DNA of 64,000 nucleotides, from assembly GCA_000182565.2 (NCBI GenBank), contig KQ257451.1. One strand, 5' to 3'. The DNA is from Spizellomyces punctatus DAOM BR117 (taxonomy: Eukaryota). Every line of letters starts with the position of its first letter. The first letter of the stretch is position 1. This document shows, piece by piece, positions 12,707-23,164 of this stretch. The notes beneath the pieces were generated by a model. It was not told the DNA's origin. It did not search any database and was given only the letters and a program-made list of their open reading frames with translations. Position numbers and translations under genes: made by a program.

Positions 12707-14444
12707 TTAAGGCAGAAGGGCATTGTACATTCCATCGAAGAAGTCGCAATTGGCGTTAGCGTCTGTGATGATTTTGGTTTCTGCATCAAAGTTGATGACG
12801 CTGCCACCGGCCCCTGTATAAGCTGGCCAAACAACCTGGTCTTTGCGCTTTTTGTCCTCTTTGGGTTTCTTGGCGCCATTAGGGTCACCGGCAGTGACAA
12901 AGTTCAAGATCGCCTGGCTCATGCGGTAGGCAAGGAGGAACTCGTCTTTACGTTCTAGGGCAGGTAGGTGGTTGAAGAAGTAGGCCAATTCGGAAGCGTG
13001 AGGAGATCCGAGTAGGATGGTGTCGTTGGTGAAGTTGGTCTGCTCGGTGAATTTGTAGTACCAGACCTTGGGGTTGCTGCTGGCCCATTTACGAGCAAGG
13101 TAGCGATTGGGACAATTGAACAACAAGTCACCATACACTCCAACTTTCTGTTCCCGGAGTGTGAGAGTGGTGCTGGGATACACATTGTTGACGATCTGCT
13201 GACGGTAGCTGGCAGGAACCCAACCAAAGCGACCGGCTATGAAGGCGTCCAAAGTAGGGAATGGCTCATCCTCACGGAGGAAACCGGTTCCTTCATTGCC
13301 GTTACCTCCGATGAGAATTTTGACATCGTGGTCGTATTCACCTGCCAAGAACTTGGCCCATGCATTGACGGGAATTGCCGCACCGTCAACGGTCATGGCG
13401 AAGGGACCAGCGCCATTGGCGCGGTACAGAGTGGTCCAAAGGTCCCGTTGGTAGTTATTAATCTCGTCAGTGGTCTTGGAGCGGAGACATGCGATTGTGT
13501 CCGCCGCTGATGCTCCGGCGCAGTTGAAGGATGTGACCATGTTGTTGAAACGCATTTGAGCGGTGGCAAGAGCGTAGGGCTTCAATGGGGGGTTGGGAGA
13601 GTCCATAACGACTTGTTGGAAGAGCTTAGGCTTTCCGGCAGCCTCAGCCTTCTGGTTCGTGTAGATGAGATGCCATAGAACAGATTGGGCACCGGCTGAT
13701 TGACCCCAGAGAGTCACACGCGTGGGGTCACCGCCAAAAGCGCTAATGTTGTCTTGGATCCACTGCAATGCGGCAGTCTGATCCAACCAACCGAAGTTAC
13801 CGGTAGATCCGTCTGTGTTGTCGGCAGCAAGTTCAGAAGAGCCGAGGTATCCAAAGGCACCGAGGCGGTAGTTCGCCGTAACGATGATAGCGTCCTTGTT
13901 GGAGGCAGCCAAGAAGGAACCATCAAGAACTGGCTGGGCAGCACCACCGAAAATAAGACCACCACCGTGCAAGAACATGACAACGGGCTTATTCTTGGCT
14001 CCACCGCGGGGAACGTAAACATTCAGGTATAAACAGTCCTCACTGTTTGGAGCTTTGGAAGCATCAGGAGAAATGAGATCGCTCATGAACTCGTAAAGAG
14101 GGAAGTTGTTTGGGTATTGTGCGTTAGGATCAAATTGAACGCAACTTCCTCCCCATTTGGTTGCGTCACGGACACCGTTCCATTGGGACGGAGGCTGAGG
14201 GGACTTCCAACGAAGATTCCCAGTAGGGGGAGCAGCGAAGGGTACTCCGTGATACTCATCGAATCCGGGTCCCTAATGAAAACCACACAAAAATGAGGAA
14301 ATGCAATACAATAAATATAGAAAAGCAGTTAGAATAACTGACCTTGCTACCCTTGAGTTTCCCTCCGTGCGGGAGGGTAACTATCTGAGCACCAGCAGCG
14401 GCCAGAGAGGCCACAAGCGCAGCAGCGACAGCGACTGATTTCAT
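12707..14444 (-). CDS. Secreted type-B carboxylesterase/lipase (COesterase family)
   Basis: Signal peptide MKSVAVAAALVASLAAAGA; GVPFAAPPTGNLRW; SEDCLYLNVY; HGGG oxyanion hole; NYRLGAFG; catalytic WGQSAG, GNEG and PHASEL. One intron at ~14274-14342. Confidence 0.93.
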
Positions 14445-15251
14445 TCTTGAAAGAGGTATAAGGGTATGAAAAGATAGAAGAAGGTATCAAGTTTGGGCTT
14501 GATTGACTTGTTTGTTGGCAACGACTTTTGAGTTGAGCTGATGAAGGGGAAGTTGGAGAAAGTGCTCCTTTTTATCCTCAGGGATACGGGATGACGGTTC
14601 CAACATCCCAAATGTCTGTGTTTCTAGAGCAGTGGAGTTTGGAAATTCCTGCAGCCACCTACGGTCCGGGGCCGATTGTTCTACATGGATTCGGCCTTTG
14701 CAAGTGGATGCGACAGCTTCTAGAGTGTGTCCCAAATTCGTCCATCTGGCTATAAATTCTTATTTAGATGTCAGTTTGTGTAACATTCTGCACACTTGGA
14801 CAATAACTTGAATCTGGCGATAATAATAGCTGAATGTTTACCATATGGATATTTGTTCGCCACCAGAGACTCCTTTACGCCCCAGTGGGTGATAGACGCT
14901 TACTTTTGATGCTGACCATTGGGATACAGATGTTTGGGTCCCACTGGCCGATGAATGGGGACATAAGAAACATGGGTGCCTCTGGTAAATACCACAAACA
15001 CCTATTAGCATTAATCTTAATCCGAACGGATACCATAGTTTAGAACAATATTTGGAAGACTAAAAAAGGAGTCCGCCACAAACTTGCTATGACTGATAGA
15101 GATACATTTGTTAGGTTTAAATATTATAGCGGGAACTAAATCTGGGACTGAATCTCTTTAGAGGAGCTTGAAGGAAACTAAGGCTGTCTCAGATTCCGAG
15201 CAAGGACCGCTCCAGAATTGCTTACGTCCATTTGGCCGGATTCAACATTGA

Positions 15252-15361
15252 AATAGTGCAGAGCATTTGTATCAACCTGTAAGGCTCACATATCGAGTAT
15301 CTTTATGGAATAGTGCCGAGCAGTTGGTATCAATTTGTAAGGCTCAAATATCCAGTATCTT
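15252..15361. repeat. Degenerate tandem duplication, 2 copies, period ~57-58 bp
   Basis: aatagtgcagagcatttgtatcaacctgtaaggctcacatatcgagtatctt versus aatagtgccgagcagttggtatcaatttgtaaggctcaaatatccagtatctt. Confidence 0.8.
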
Positions 15362-15544
15362 GGTGGGCATTTAATGAGAACCAAGACCTGCTGCAGAATA
15401 ACTTGCGCAGTAAGCCTGAGATTCATGAGGTCAATAGTGAAATAGTGGAGCAATCTGAATACTTTGTAATGTTCAATATTGAAAATCTTGGAGTGCTTGC
15501 CGCCATAACTCCTAGCCTAAAATCCATTTTGGTGAGGTTCGACA

Positions 15545-15807
15545 TTGAAATGTGGAGCAAACTCTATCTGTTAGATTCCAATAGGAAACGCTAATTAGAA
15601 TTGCCTGCTTTCACTCTAGAATTGTGCAGGGGTTGAAATGTGGAGCAAACTCTATCTGTCAGATTCCAATAGGAAACGCTAATTAGAATTGCCTGCTTTC
15701 ACTCTAGAATTGTGCAGGGGTTGAAATGTGGAGCAAACTCTATCTGTCAGATTCCAATAGGAAACGCTAATTAGAATTGCCTGCTTTCACTCTAGAATTG
15801 TGCAGGG
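15545..15807. repeat. Near-perfect tandem repeat, 3 x 88 bp
   Basis: Unit ttgaaatgtggagcaaactctatctgtcagattccaataggaaacgctaattagaattgcctgctttcactctagaattgtgcagggg starts at 15545, 15633 and 15721. The first copy has one internal substitution (gttag vs gtcag). Confidence 0.97.
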
Positions 15808-16015
15808 TATGTTCAGTCAGTCGTATGGCAGCGATGCCAATATAGTGCGTCAATGGAAATGGAGTGTTTCCATAAATTCTTTTGCCTACAAGGTATTTTT
15901 ACGTAATGATGCAGTTGCATGATTGTGAAAAGGCAATTATATTGATATAGAGGGAAAGAAAACGCAGAGTAGTCCCTAGCCCAAAGGTATAACCACACAT
16001 CCCACCTCGCAACTA

Positions 16016-17858
16016 TTAAAATTTACTAGCACTAGTCTCGGTGCCCTCTACCACTGCATCCATGCCAGTTCGTCCACCAGTAAGCAGAGGTCTTTGATAC
16101 TGGTTACTAACTGTGCCAGCCAAGCTTCCACTATTTGACGTAGTCGTTTGAGCGGGCCGTCCCGGGTCACTAGATTTCTCGGACAACTTCCTATTACCCA
16201 AGTTCTTGTTGTTTTGAATCGCAGTGGCAAATTTAGCCAACATGAGGGCAAAAGTCGATTGCATCTCGGCAATTTCCTTGAACGCCGATCGTCTCTGGAG
16301 GTATCCGTTACGGAGGGCGGAGAAGTCAAAGTTGAGTGCTTCACCCATAACGATATTGAGACGGCGGATGGGAAGAATGACGATGAGGGATGTGGCAATG
16401 GCGATGAGGAAGCCAGAGATTCCTAGACCAATGCAAGCATACACGATTTGTCGCTTGGCGGCGTCGACAGTTCCATAGAAGTCGGCGTAAGGAATGGTCA
16501 TGATCATGAGCCATTTCAATCCCCATTGGTCGCCAACCCAGCGGCAGTCCAAAAGATATTTAACGCCGTCCACTTCAAACTGACCCGAAAAGTCTTCGAA
16601 ATTAGATACCGCTTGGATATAGGCGGCGTCATCGGCGTATTGGGGAAACATGTATTTGGCTGTTGCAGCGACCATAGGGTTGGGACTATTCCATCCCTTG
16701 TAGCGGGCACCTGTAGCGGTGCTAGCGGCTGCTCCTGCTTGACTGGAAGCAACGAGGGTCCCGGTAGTATCCATAAAGGAGAGGATAGCGTTGGCTGTTG
16801 GGACGATTGTCGGAATGTAGGTTTCCAGGGATTTGAGTGTCATTGTGACAAATTGCGCACCAAAGAATGTCTGACCCGCGGTGGCTGTCCCTACTGGTTG
16901 GCCATACCTGCATTGCCAAAAATGAATGAATAAAAGGGCTATGACTGATAGGATGCGATTCTGAGATAACATACCAGATGGGTTGAATCAGAGGGACAAG
17001 GAATGTGCGCAATACAGGGTTGGTACTGTAGGTAATGGTACCCCACACCGGCTTTCCTGTAGAACTGTAAGGCTGCGACCACATTCGAGTCAAGTTCCAG
17101 TCACCGCGACTAATAACTGCGTGATCAAAGTCCAACGAATTGTCCGCTTTCACGCCGCGAACGAGCATTGAGTTCATGACACAAGAACCGCTCAAAGTCC
17201 GATTGCCACTAGCGTCAAACCAACGGACGGTGTCATTGCATCGGGTTTGCGTTTGATTCCAGTTTGCGCTAGATCCAAGCACCGCCCGAGTTGTGTCGTC
17301 GCTGTAGGCAATGAAATTCGCTCGAGAGTATGTAGCCATATAGTTTGAGTTCTGCTCCATGTACCACCCTGTAGCACCGATGAAAGGGTTCTGGTTCGCC
17401 ATTTGCCAGTGGAGAGTAAGCAAGTCCATGTTGGACAGCATGTCGCGGCTAAGAATTTCGTCTTGCGTGCCGCTGTTGAAGTACTTGTACATCATAGTAC
17501 TGTTCGTAAGGGTGAAGAGAAGAGAGCTGGCGGTCCCGAGCATGGTATTAACTCGGTCATAAGCGCGGTTCATGGTCATTGCACGGAGGTCTTGGGATGT
17601 GCTCGCAATGGATTGGTTCCCCTTGACGATCGAAATCACACCAATCGTAACGCTGAGTGCAGCACCGAGAGCCAATGTCACAACTATATTCCAAGAAGCA
17701 ATGTCATTAATATTTTCAGAAAATACCCATCCTCTCCAATTTGACTACTCACCCATGAAAAGAATCGAAAGGGGGACACGGATCCGTCCAAGGAACTTGT
17801 TCCCGGTCTCCTCATCCACGACCGGCTTTGCCGGAGTGGTTTCTGTGACTAACACCAT
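16016..17858 (-). CDS. Two-TM receptor-like protein: TM1 - extracellular dCache-like domain - TM2 - HAMP - short disordered tail, with no catalytic output domain
   Basis: Three exons (ATG 17858; introns ~17684-17752 and ~16909-16974). TM1 is VPLSILFMVVTLALGAALSVTIGVISI. Cache-like motifs PVWGTITY, LIQPIW, ILSFMDTTGTLVASS, GLKWLMIMTIP. TM2 is followed by HAMP-like PIRRLNIVMGEALNFDF...EIAEMQSTFALM. Confidence 0.75.
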
Positions 17859-19594
17859 TGCAAGTTTTTTCTAAGTCAAGGTAGATCGACGGGATGATTC
17901 TAAGAACCAGACTGAGGGAGTGTGAAGGTTCGGAGGAGCGGATGGCCCAGGATGGATTTATATGTGAACTGAACAATCACCCGCCACAAGCGGGGCTTTG
18001 TTTATGTACACTATTCGTACCTTCTGCAGCCAACTCTTCCCATTGGAATTGAGCTCTTAGGTTCCACAGACTCTAGAAGCAACCATAGCCATTGGAGAGA
18101 CAGGCATCTTCAAAATAGTATCCTTCTATTTCTCCACCCTAGAGGGGAGGCGCCAATCATTTACGACTTAGTGAAATGGCTTGGACGACATATTGCAAGC
18201 CCCATTCACCCGTGTCTAATGTAAACCAGGAATTACATGAATAGCAATTTGAGTCAAGTATCCCACCCGTACAGGGGCTATGTTCTTTGGATGTCCATAT
18301 TCGTGGTCATATTTTGTTGCTACAATACCCTCTCTACATTTTTCTAGAACCGAAAACCACGGTAGGAAACTGTTTCCCATGGTGGACGACTCGAAGGTTT
18401 GATGCAGCCACTGTTTGTGAGCTCTAGAAACGTGCTGACGCGAGCTTCCTATTCATGATGGATGGGCCGGCGTGTTTATTGGGGGTCAGCCCAAGGGAGC
18501 GCATTACCCACACGGGATTCAAAATAAACCAAACCCTATGGGGCACTGAAGTCACACGATGTTCACAAAAGCTATTTTCGCGCTGTTTGTTTAAGAAGAT
18601 TCTTCTGAAGTCGCATACTTGAAGCACATTGTGGAGATGGAGCATGCACGGACTTTCTCCGACGATTACGTCAGCATGGAAAGCGTTAAACAATGCAAGT
18701 GGTGGGTTGCCGTGTAGCGACTGCCATGCACCGCTGGATGATCCCCCATTCATAGTTAACATAATTCGAGAATCTTCAAACAGACGCAATCGCTGTCACT
18801 CTCCATGACTTTGCTCAGACCTTTAGAAACCTACCAGGGTTGGATTATGTGATGAATGCTCCTTGTCAGCAACTAGCATTGGAAATTTGGTGTAAATCTA
18901 GGATATTGTTTTGATAAGAAAATTCTTTTTCATCTTCTTAATCATGAATGTTGTGTGCAGTCAGTGAATAGACTAGTCAGACTTCTATTCAAAAACACAG
19001 ATGAGGGGTTTACAATTGTCGTCTTAACCGAAGTAGTATTGCCTATAGGTACCCCAGATGCCAACAATAGCAGGTGTATACTGCTACTGATAAAGTCATG
19101 ACAATTTAAGGTGTAACAGTCGATGCTACGAGGGCGAGAAAGTAGCTAGGGGAGACTGAACCCCTACCTAATCACCCGCAGCCATGCATGCGAAAGGCCA
19201 CCCACAAAACATTCCGCCATTTAATGCTTTATAGCCGCCCCGTCAGCGCTCAATATCAGTATGATAAGGAAGACGCATCTATTTCTATCATTACCATTCC
19301 ATAGTGTTTTGATAGACAGTTAACTCCTTTACATTGACATTTGACGGAGCGACTCGCGACTGAAGGCCATCAGCAACTCGGAAATCAGCTGCTATCTAGA
19401 GTGTTATGGAGACTTTGTGGAAGTATACTTGGCAATAATGGGATGAATATTCTTGTCCTCATAGTGGTACACGCCCATCGTGAATGACTTACTGTACTGA
19501 TGCGATTGTCCATTAATCCATATATGCAACTTGAACGGGCATGTTAAGCATGGTTAACTATTGTATATATACAGAACCATTGCTGTTGATACAT

Positions 19595-20110
19595 CTATTT
19601 GATGGGCACTAGAATATCGGTTTCTAAATCCTCCGTGTCCACCTTGCGACAGTCATTCAGATACCTCTCACAGAATACGCGCTCAGAGTCCACCTCCCTA
19701 CCATCTTCCTTTACAAATTCCACTACTGTGTCAAAAGCACCAGCAATTCCTGCATACGACCCCTTGAGCTTTAAAGTTGCCCACTCTCCAGCCGGGAATG
19801 TCAACAGAGCAAGACCTTCGGCAGACGTGTCTCCAGACACGCGCGGAACAGAGGCCGGGATGTCCGACTCATTTGGAGCAATGAATCCCATTGCATAGAG
19901 AGATGGTCTGCCATCTATGAATTTGCGGGAGCACAGGCCGACTGAGGCGGGTGAAGAAGCCAAAAGTGGGCGAAGGTTGTGCTCTTCAATGAAGGGAAGG
20001 AGTCCTCCTATGCTTGCTTTCGCGGCCGTAGCAAAGTCCCAGTTTTGAACCTTGACCACATTAATCAGCGCCGAGTGGGCTGGAAGGTTGATAATGGAAA
20101 CTGATGCCAT
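19595..20110 (-). CDS. Stand-alone GyrI-like small-molecule-binding (AraC effector-binding type) domain protein, intronless
   Basis: FPAGEWATLKLKGSYAGIAGAFDTVVEFV...FCERYLND......LETDILVPIK* fits the GyrI-like C-terminal pattern (PAGxyA...GxY...ExYlnd...TdIxvPI). 171 aa from ATG 20110. Confidence 0.82.
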   Translation of the reverse strand: MASVSIINLPAHSALINVVKVQNWDFATAAKASIGGLLPFIEEHNLRPLLASSPASVGLCSRKFIDGRPSLYAMGFIAPNESDIPASVPRVSGDTSAEGLALLTFPAGEWATLKLKGSYAGIAGAFDTVVEFVKEDGREVDSERVFCERYLNDCRKVDTEDLETDILVPIK

Positions 20111-20322
20111 TTCTACAGACCCCGAACAAGCTGACGACGAGGAACAGAACAAAAGCACGCGCTGCTTCAAGCGCGTTTGGCTTGGTTTGGCGATTCGAAT
20201 TTCGGAGGAACCGTCTCAGCCCCGTCGGAGATTCGCTCTCTTCATTCTTCAACCATTCTCATCCTTTTCGCTTGTCATCTCAACATATGCCCGCCTTCCA
20301 ATCCCTCCACATCTCCGAACCT

Positions 20323-21553
20323 ATGGGAGCATCAAGTTCACGTCTCTCCACACCCTTCCTCTATTTCAGTGCATTCTTGGCAAGCATCTACACAGCATTC
20401 ATGAGCTTTTTTTCCCGCTTCAAACCATCTCCAGTTCTGACACTTAACGCACGACGTCTTCGCACCGTCAAACCACTGGGCGAAGGAGGGTTTTCCTTTG
20501 TATACCTCGTTAAAGATGATGCTGGTAGCTTGTTTGCATTGAAGAGGGTTCGAGTCCAATTGCCAGAGCATGAGGAACGCTTGCGGAAGGAGATTGAGGC
20601 ACATAAGCTTGTTAGGAGTGAGCATGTCGTCACGTTGGTGGATTCTATGATCCTTAAGGAGGGTGGAAGTGTGGTGGAGGGCCTCTTACTGCTACCGTTT
20701 TACGAGAAGGGAACGGTAGGTTTCTCACATACAGAATCAGATGTGAAGAGTGATCAGACTAAAAATGTGAAATATTGGGTCTCCAGGTACAGGATCTTAT
20801 AGATCGGACACCTCTCAACGAATTCATTCCTCTAAAAACCATCCTGAACCTCGCAGTGGATGTGTGCGCCGGTCTCACTGCCTTCCAGTACGTTTATTCC
20901 CATAATTTGCAGTCATTTTACCCATTTGACGTGTCTTTGCCGTTTTAGCACACAAGATCCACCACTTGCCTTCCGCGACCTCAAGCCAGCGAATATTCTC
21001 ATATCCGCGGAGGGACACGGTGTGTTGATGGATCTTGGATCCGTTAGCGAAGCGCGAGTCAAAATATCGTCTCGAAGGGAAGCTCTGGCATTGCAGGAAT
21101 TATGTGCAGAAACGGCTACTGCACCATTCCGTGCGCCAGAGCTCTTTGATCCACCGTCGAATGGAGAGATTGACGAGAGGTCGGATGTGTGGTACGTGGT
21201 TGGCTTGCAACTGGAATTTGACGATTGTCATCACTCACATGGTGTCATCAGGGCATTGGGATGTACAATCTATGCAATGGCTTATCGCAACTCTCCGTGT
21301 ATGTTCTCTTATTCATTATTTGTTCCCATGGGTGCAGAGCAAATAATAAACTTATGTTGTCTCTTTAGTCGATGGTAGCATGACAGCAGCCGTTAGTGGG
21401 CGACTGTCGTTCCCGGGACGAGACCCTTATGGTGCCACGTTCCGTGCATTGATTGAATCATGTACTGTTACGGATTGGCGGGTAAGACCGTCTATCTCTG
21501 AGGTTCAGGAAAGATGTAGGGTATTACTGGAGACTGAAAATGGGCAAGTTTAA
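20323..21553 (+). CDS. ENV7: Ser/Thr protein kinase of the ENV7/STK16 (MPSK1, NAK) family
   Basis: LGEGGFSFVYLV, ALKRV, LLLPFYEKGT, FRDLKPANIL, LMDLGS, EALALQELCAE, TAPFRAPELF, IDERSDVWALGCTIYAMAY. Four introns; N-terminal MGASSS. Confidence 0.88.
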
Positions 21554-22069
21554 TGCTTATGTGGGATGTTTCTTTTATCCAATAGAATTGTTGTAGTGCT
21601 ACGTGCTTCGTAGTGTGCAGACAAAAAGAAATGTCAGTCGAAATATTCAACTGAATTCTCAGCAAAAATGACAATATGAAAGTAATTGTATTCGTGTATA
21701 TCATACATGCGCACTTGGGAAGCAATCAAGACCAAATTACTTCATCGATGATAATTCATGTTTTGTCATTGGCTGAAGGTACCTTTGCCCACACATGTCA
21801 TAAAGTGCTATTTAACACTCTTCTTCTTCCCCAATAGGAAAGCGAGCAGTATGCTATCATAGCAAGTTGGGGGAAGATAAACAAACGCGGTTGCGATATC
21901 TGTGTAACCATTTACTCACGTGCTTCGGACATGCTGCTGCCGGACATGTCAAGATTCCGCCCAAACGTCCGCCCTCTCCGGCTCTCCGTCCCTCGTTCCC
22001 GTCTCGCTTCCATCTACCGATCAGGGTGCCAGGTACTTTCTATTCACCCCACCCATACCTGCCGGCACC

Positions 22070-22906
22070 ATGAGTTTGGTCAATATTGTTAACGTGGAGG
22101 TTGGTTTCGCTCTTTACTAGTCAGTTTCGGAGGCTAGGGCTAACGGGAAGAGTTTCGTTAGATTTTGAACAACCCATGCTCTTTCTTTGACCCATTTCAA
22201 ATCGAGATTACATTTGAGGTTATTGCAGAGTTACAGGAAGGTAAGATTTATTTGAATTGTTACGAGTCCGTATCATCCTTTATTCATATGCTTGCCCCCA
22301 CTCCCGAAAAGATTTGGAGTTCAAGGTGGTTTACGTCGGATCCGCCGAAAGCGAGCAACACGACCAAACCCTCGAATCTGTCATGGTCGGCCCCGTCCCA
22401 GTTGGAACAAGTAAATTCATGCTAGAGGTAAGCATACAAGTCAGCACAATGTCCAGATTCTTGCTCACCACTATCTCGTACCAGGCGCCACACCCAGACC
22501 CCAGCCGCATTCCACCTGAAGACGTTGTAGGCGTCACCGTCATTCTTCTCATGTGTTCTTACCGAGACCGGGAGTTTGTTCGAGTGGGATATTATGTGAA
22601 CAACGACTACACGGATGAATTAATGAGGGACGAACCACCCCCAAAGCCGTTGTTTGAGAAATTGCAGAGGAGTATTTTGGTAGATAAGCCAAGAGTGACC
22701 AGGTTTTCTATTCCTTGGTGAGTGTGGCAAATTGGCTTCGTCATAATGACGGGGTCGTTAACGAGGTTGTATGATTTAGGGACACTGAAGAGAAGCGAGA
22801 AAAGAATGAAGGGGGCAATGACATGGATATTTCTCAACCTGGGTCGCCGGAAAAAGGCATCGCAGCAGTGGGACCATCGGATAACATGGCGCAAGAAGCT
22901 GTATGA
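22070..22906 (+). CDS. ASF1: Histone H3/H4 chaperone ASF1
   Basis: MSLVNIVNVEILNNP...FQIEITFE...DLEFKVVYVGSAES..DQTLESVMVGPVP...GVTVILLMCSY...EFVRVGYYV...PRVTRFSIPW. Four introns. Confidence 0.97.
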
Positions 22907-23164
22907 GGTGGCCGCATAATGTAGGGAATAGCTGGGGGATGGGCTTAGATTAGTTTGTTTGAATCGCGCTAGTATTTTTTTTTTTTTCTTGTAGGTAGTG
23001 TTTCTCTTTTATGTTCCTTTTTCCTTGCGCTTTGAATACCACTGGGTTCCTGATCATTTTGCATGTGGGCCACAATAGTATGCGATCAGCTTTGGTGACA
23101 AAAATGTATAAATGGAATAAAAGTGGTATTTACAGCAGTTATAATCGCACCCAACTGACTAAAC

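Larger units (their letters stand above)
14940..15807 (+). pseudogene. Possible decayed RI-like leucine-rich-repeat gene
   Basis: Fragments in shifting frames: NGDIRNMGA, ELNLGLN, INL*GSHIEYL, INL*GSNIQYL, LLQNNL, FNIENLGVLAAITPSLKS, SKLYLSDSN. Interrupted by stops and frameshifts. Confidence 0.35.

Noticed and set aside
15545-15807. CRISPR-like array
   Set aside because: The units are contiguous near-identical 88-mers with no unique spacers, there are no cas genes, and the context is eukaryotic.
18424-18789. 121-aa minus-strand ORF upstream of the Cache receptor
   Set aside because: Non-ATG start, no motif or splice support; treated as intergenic.
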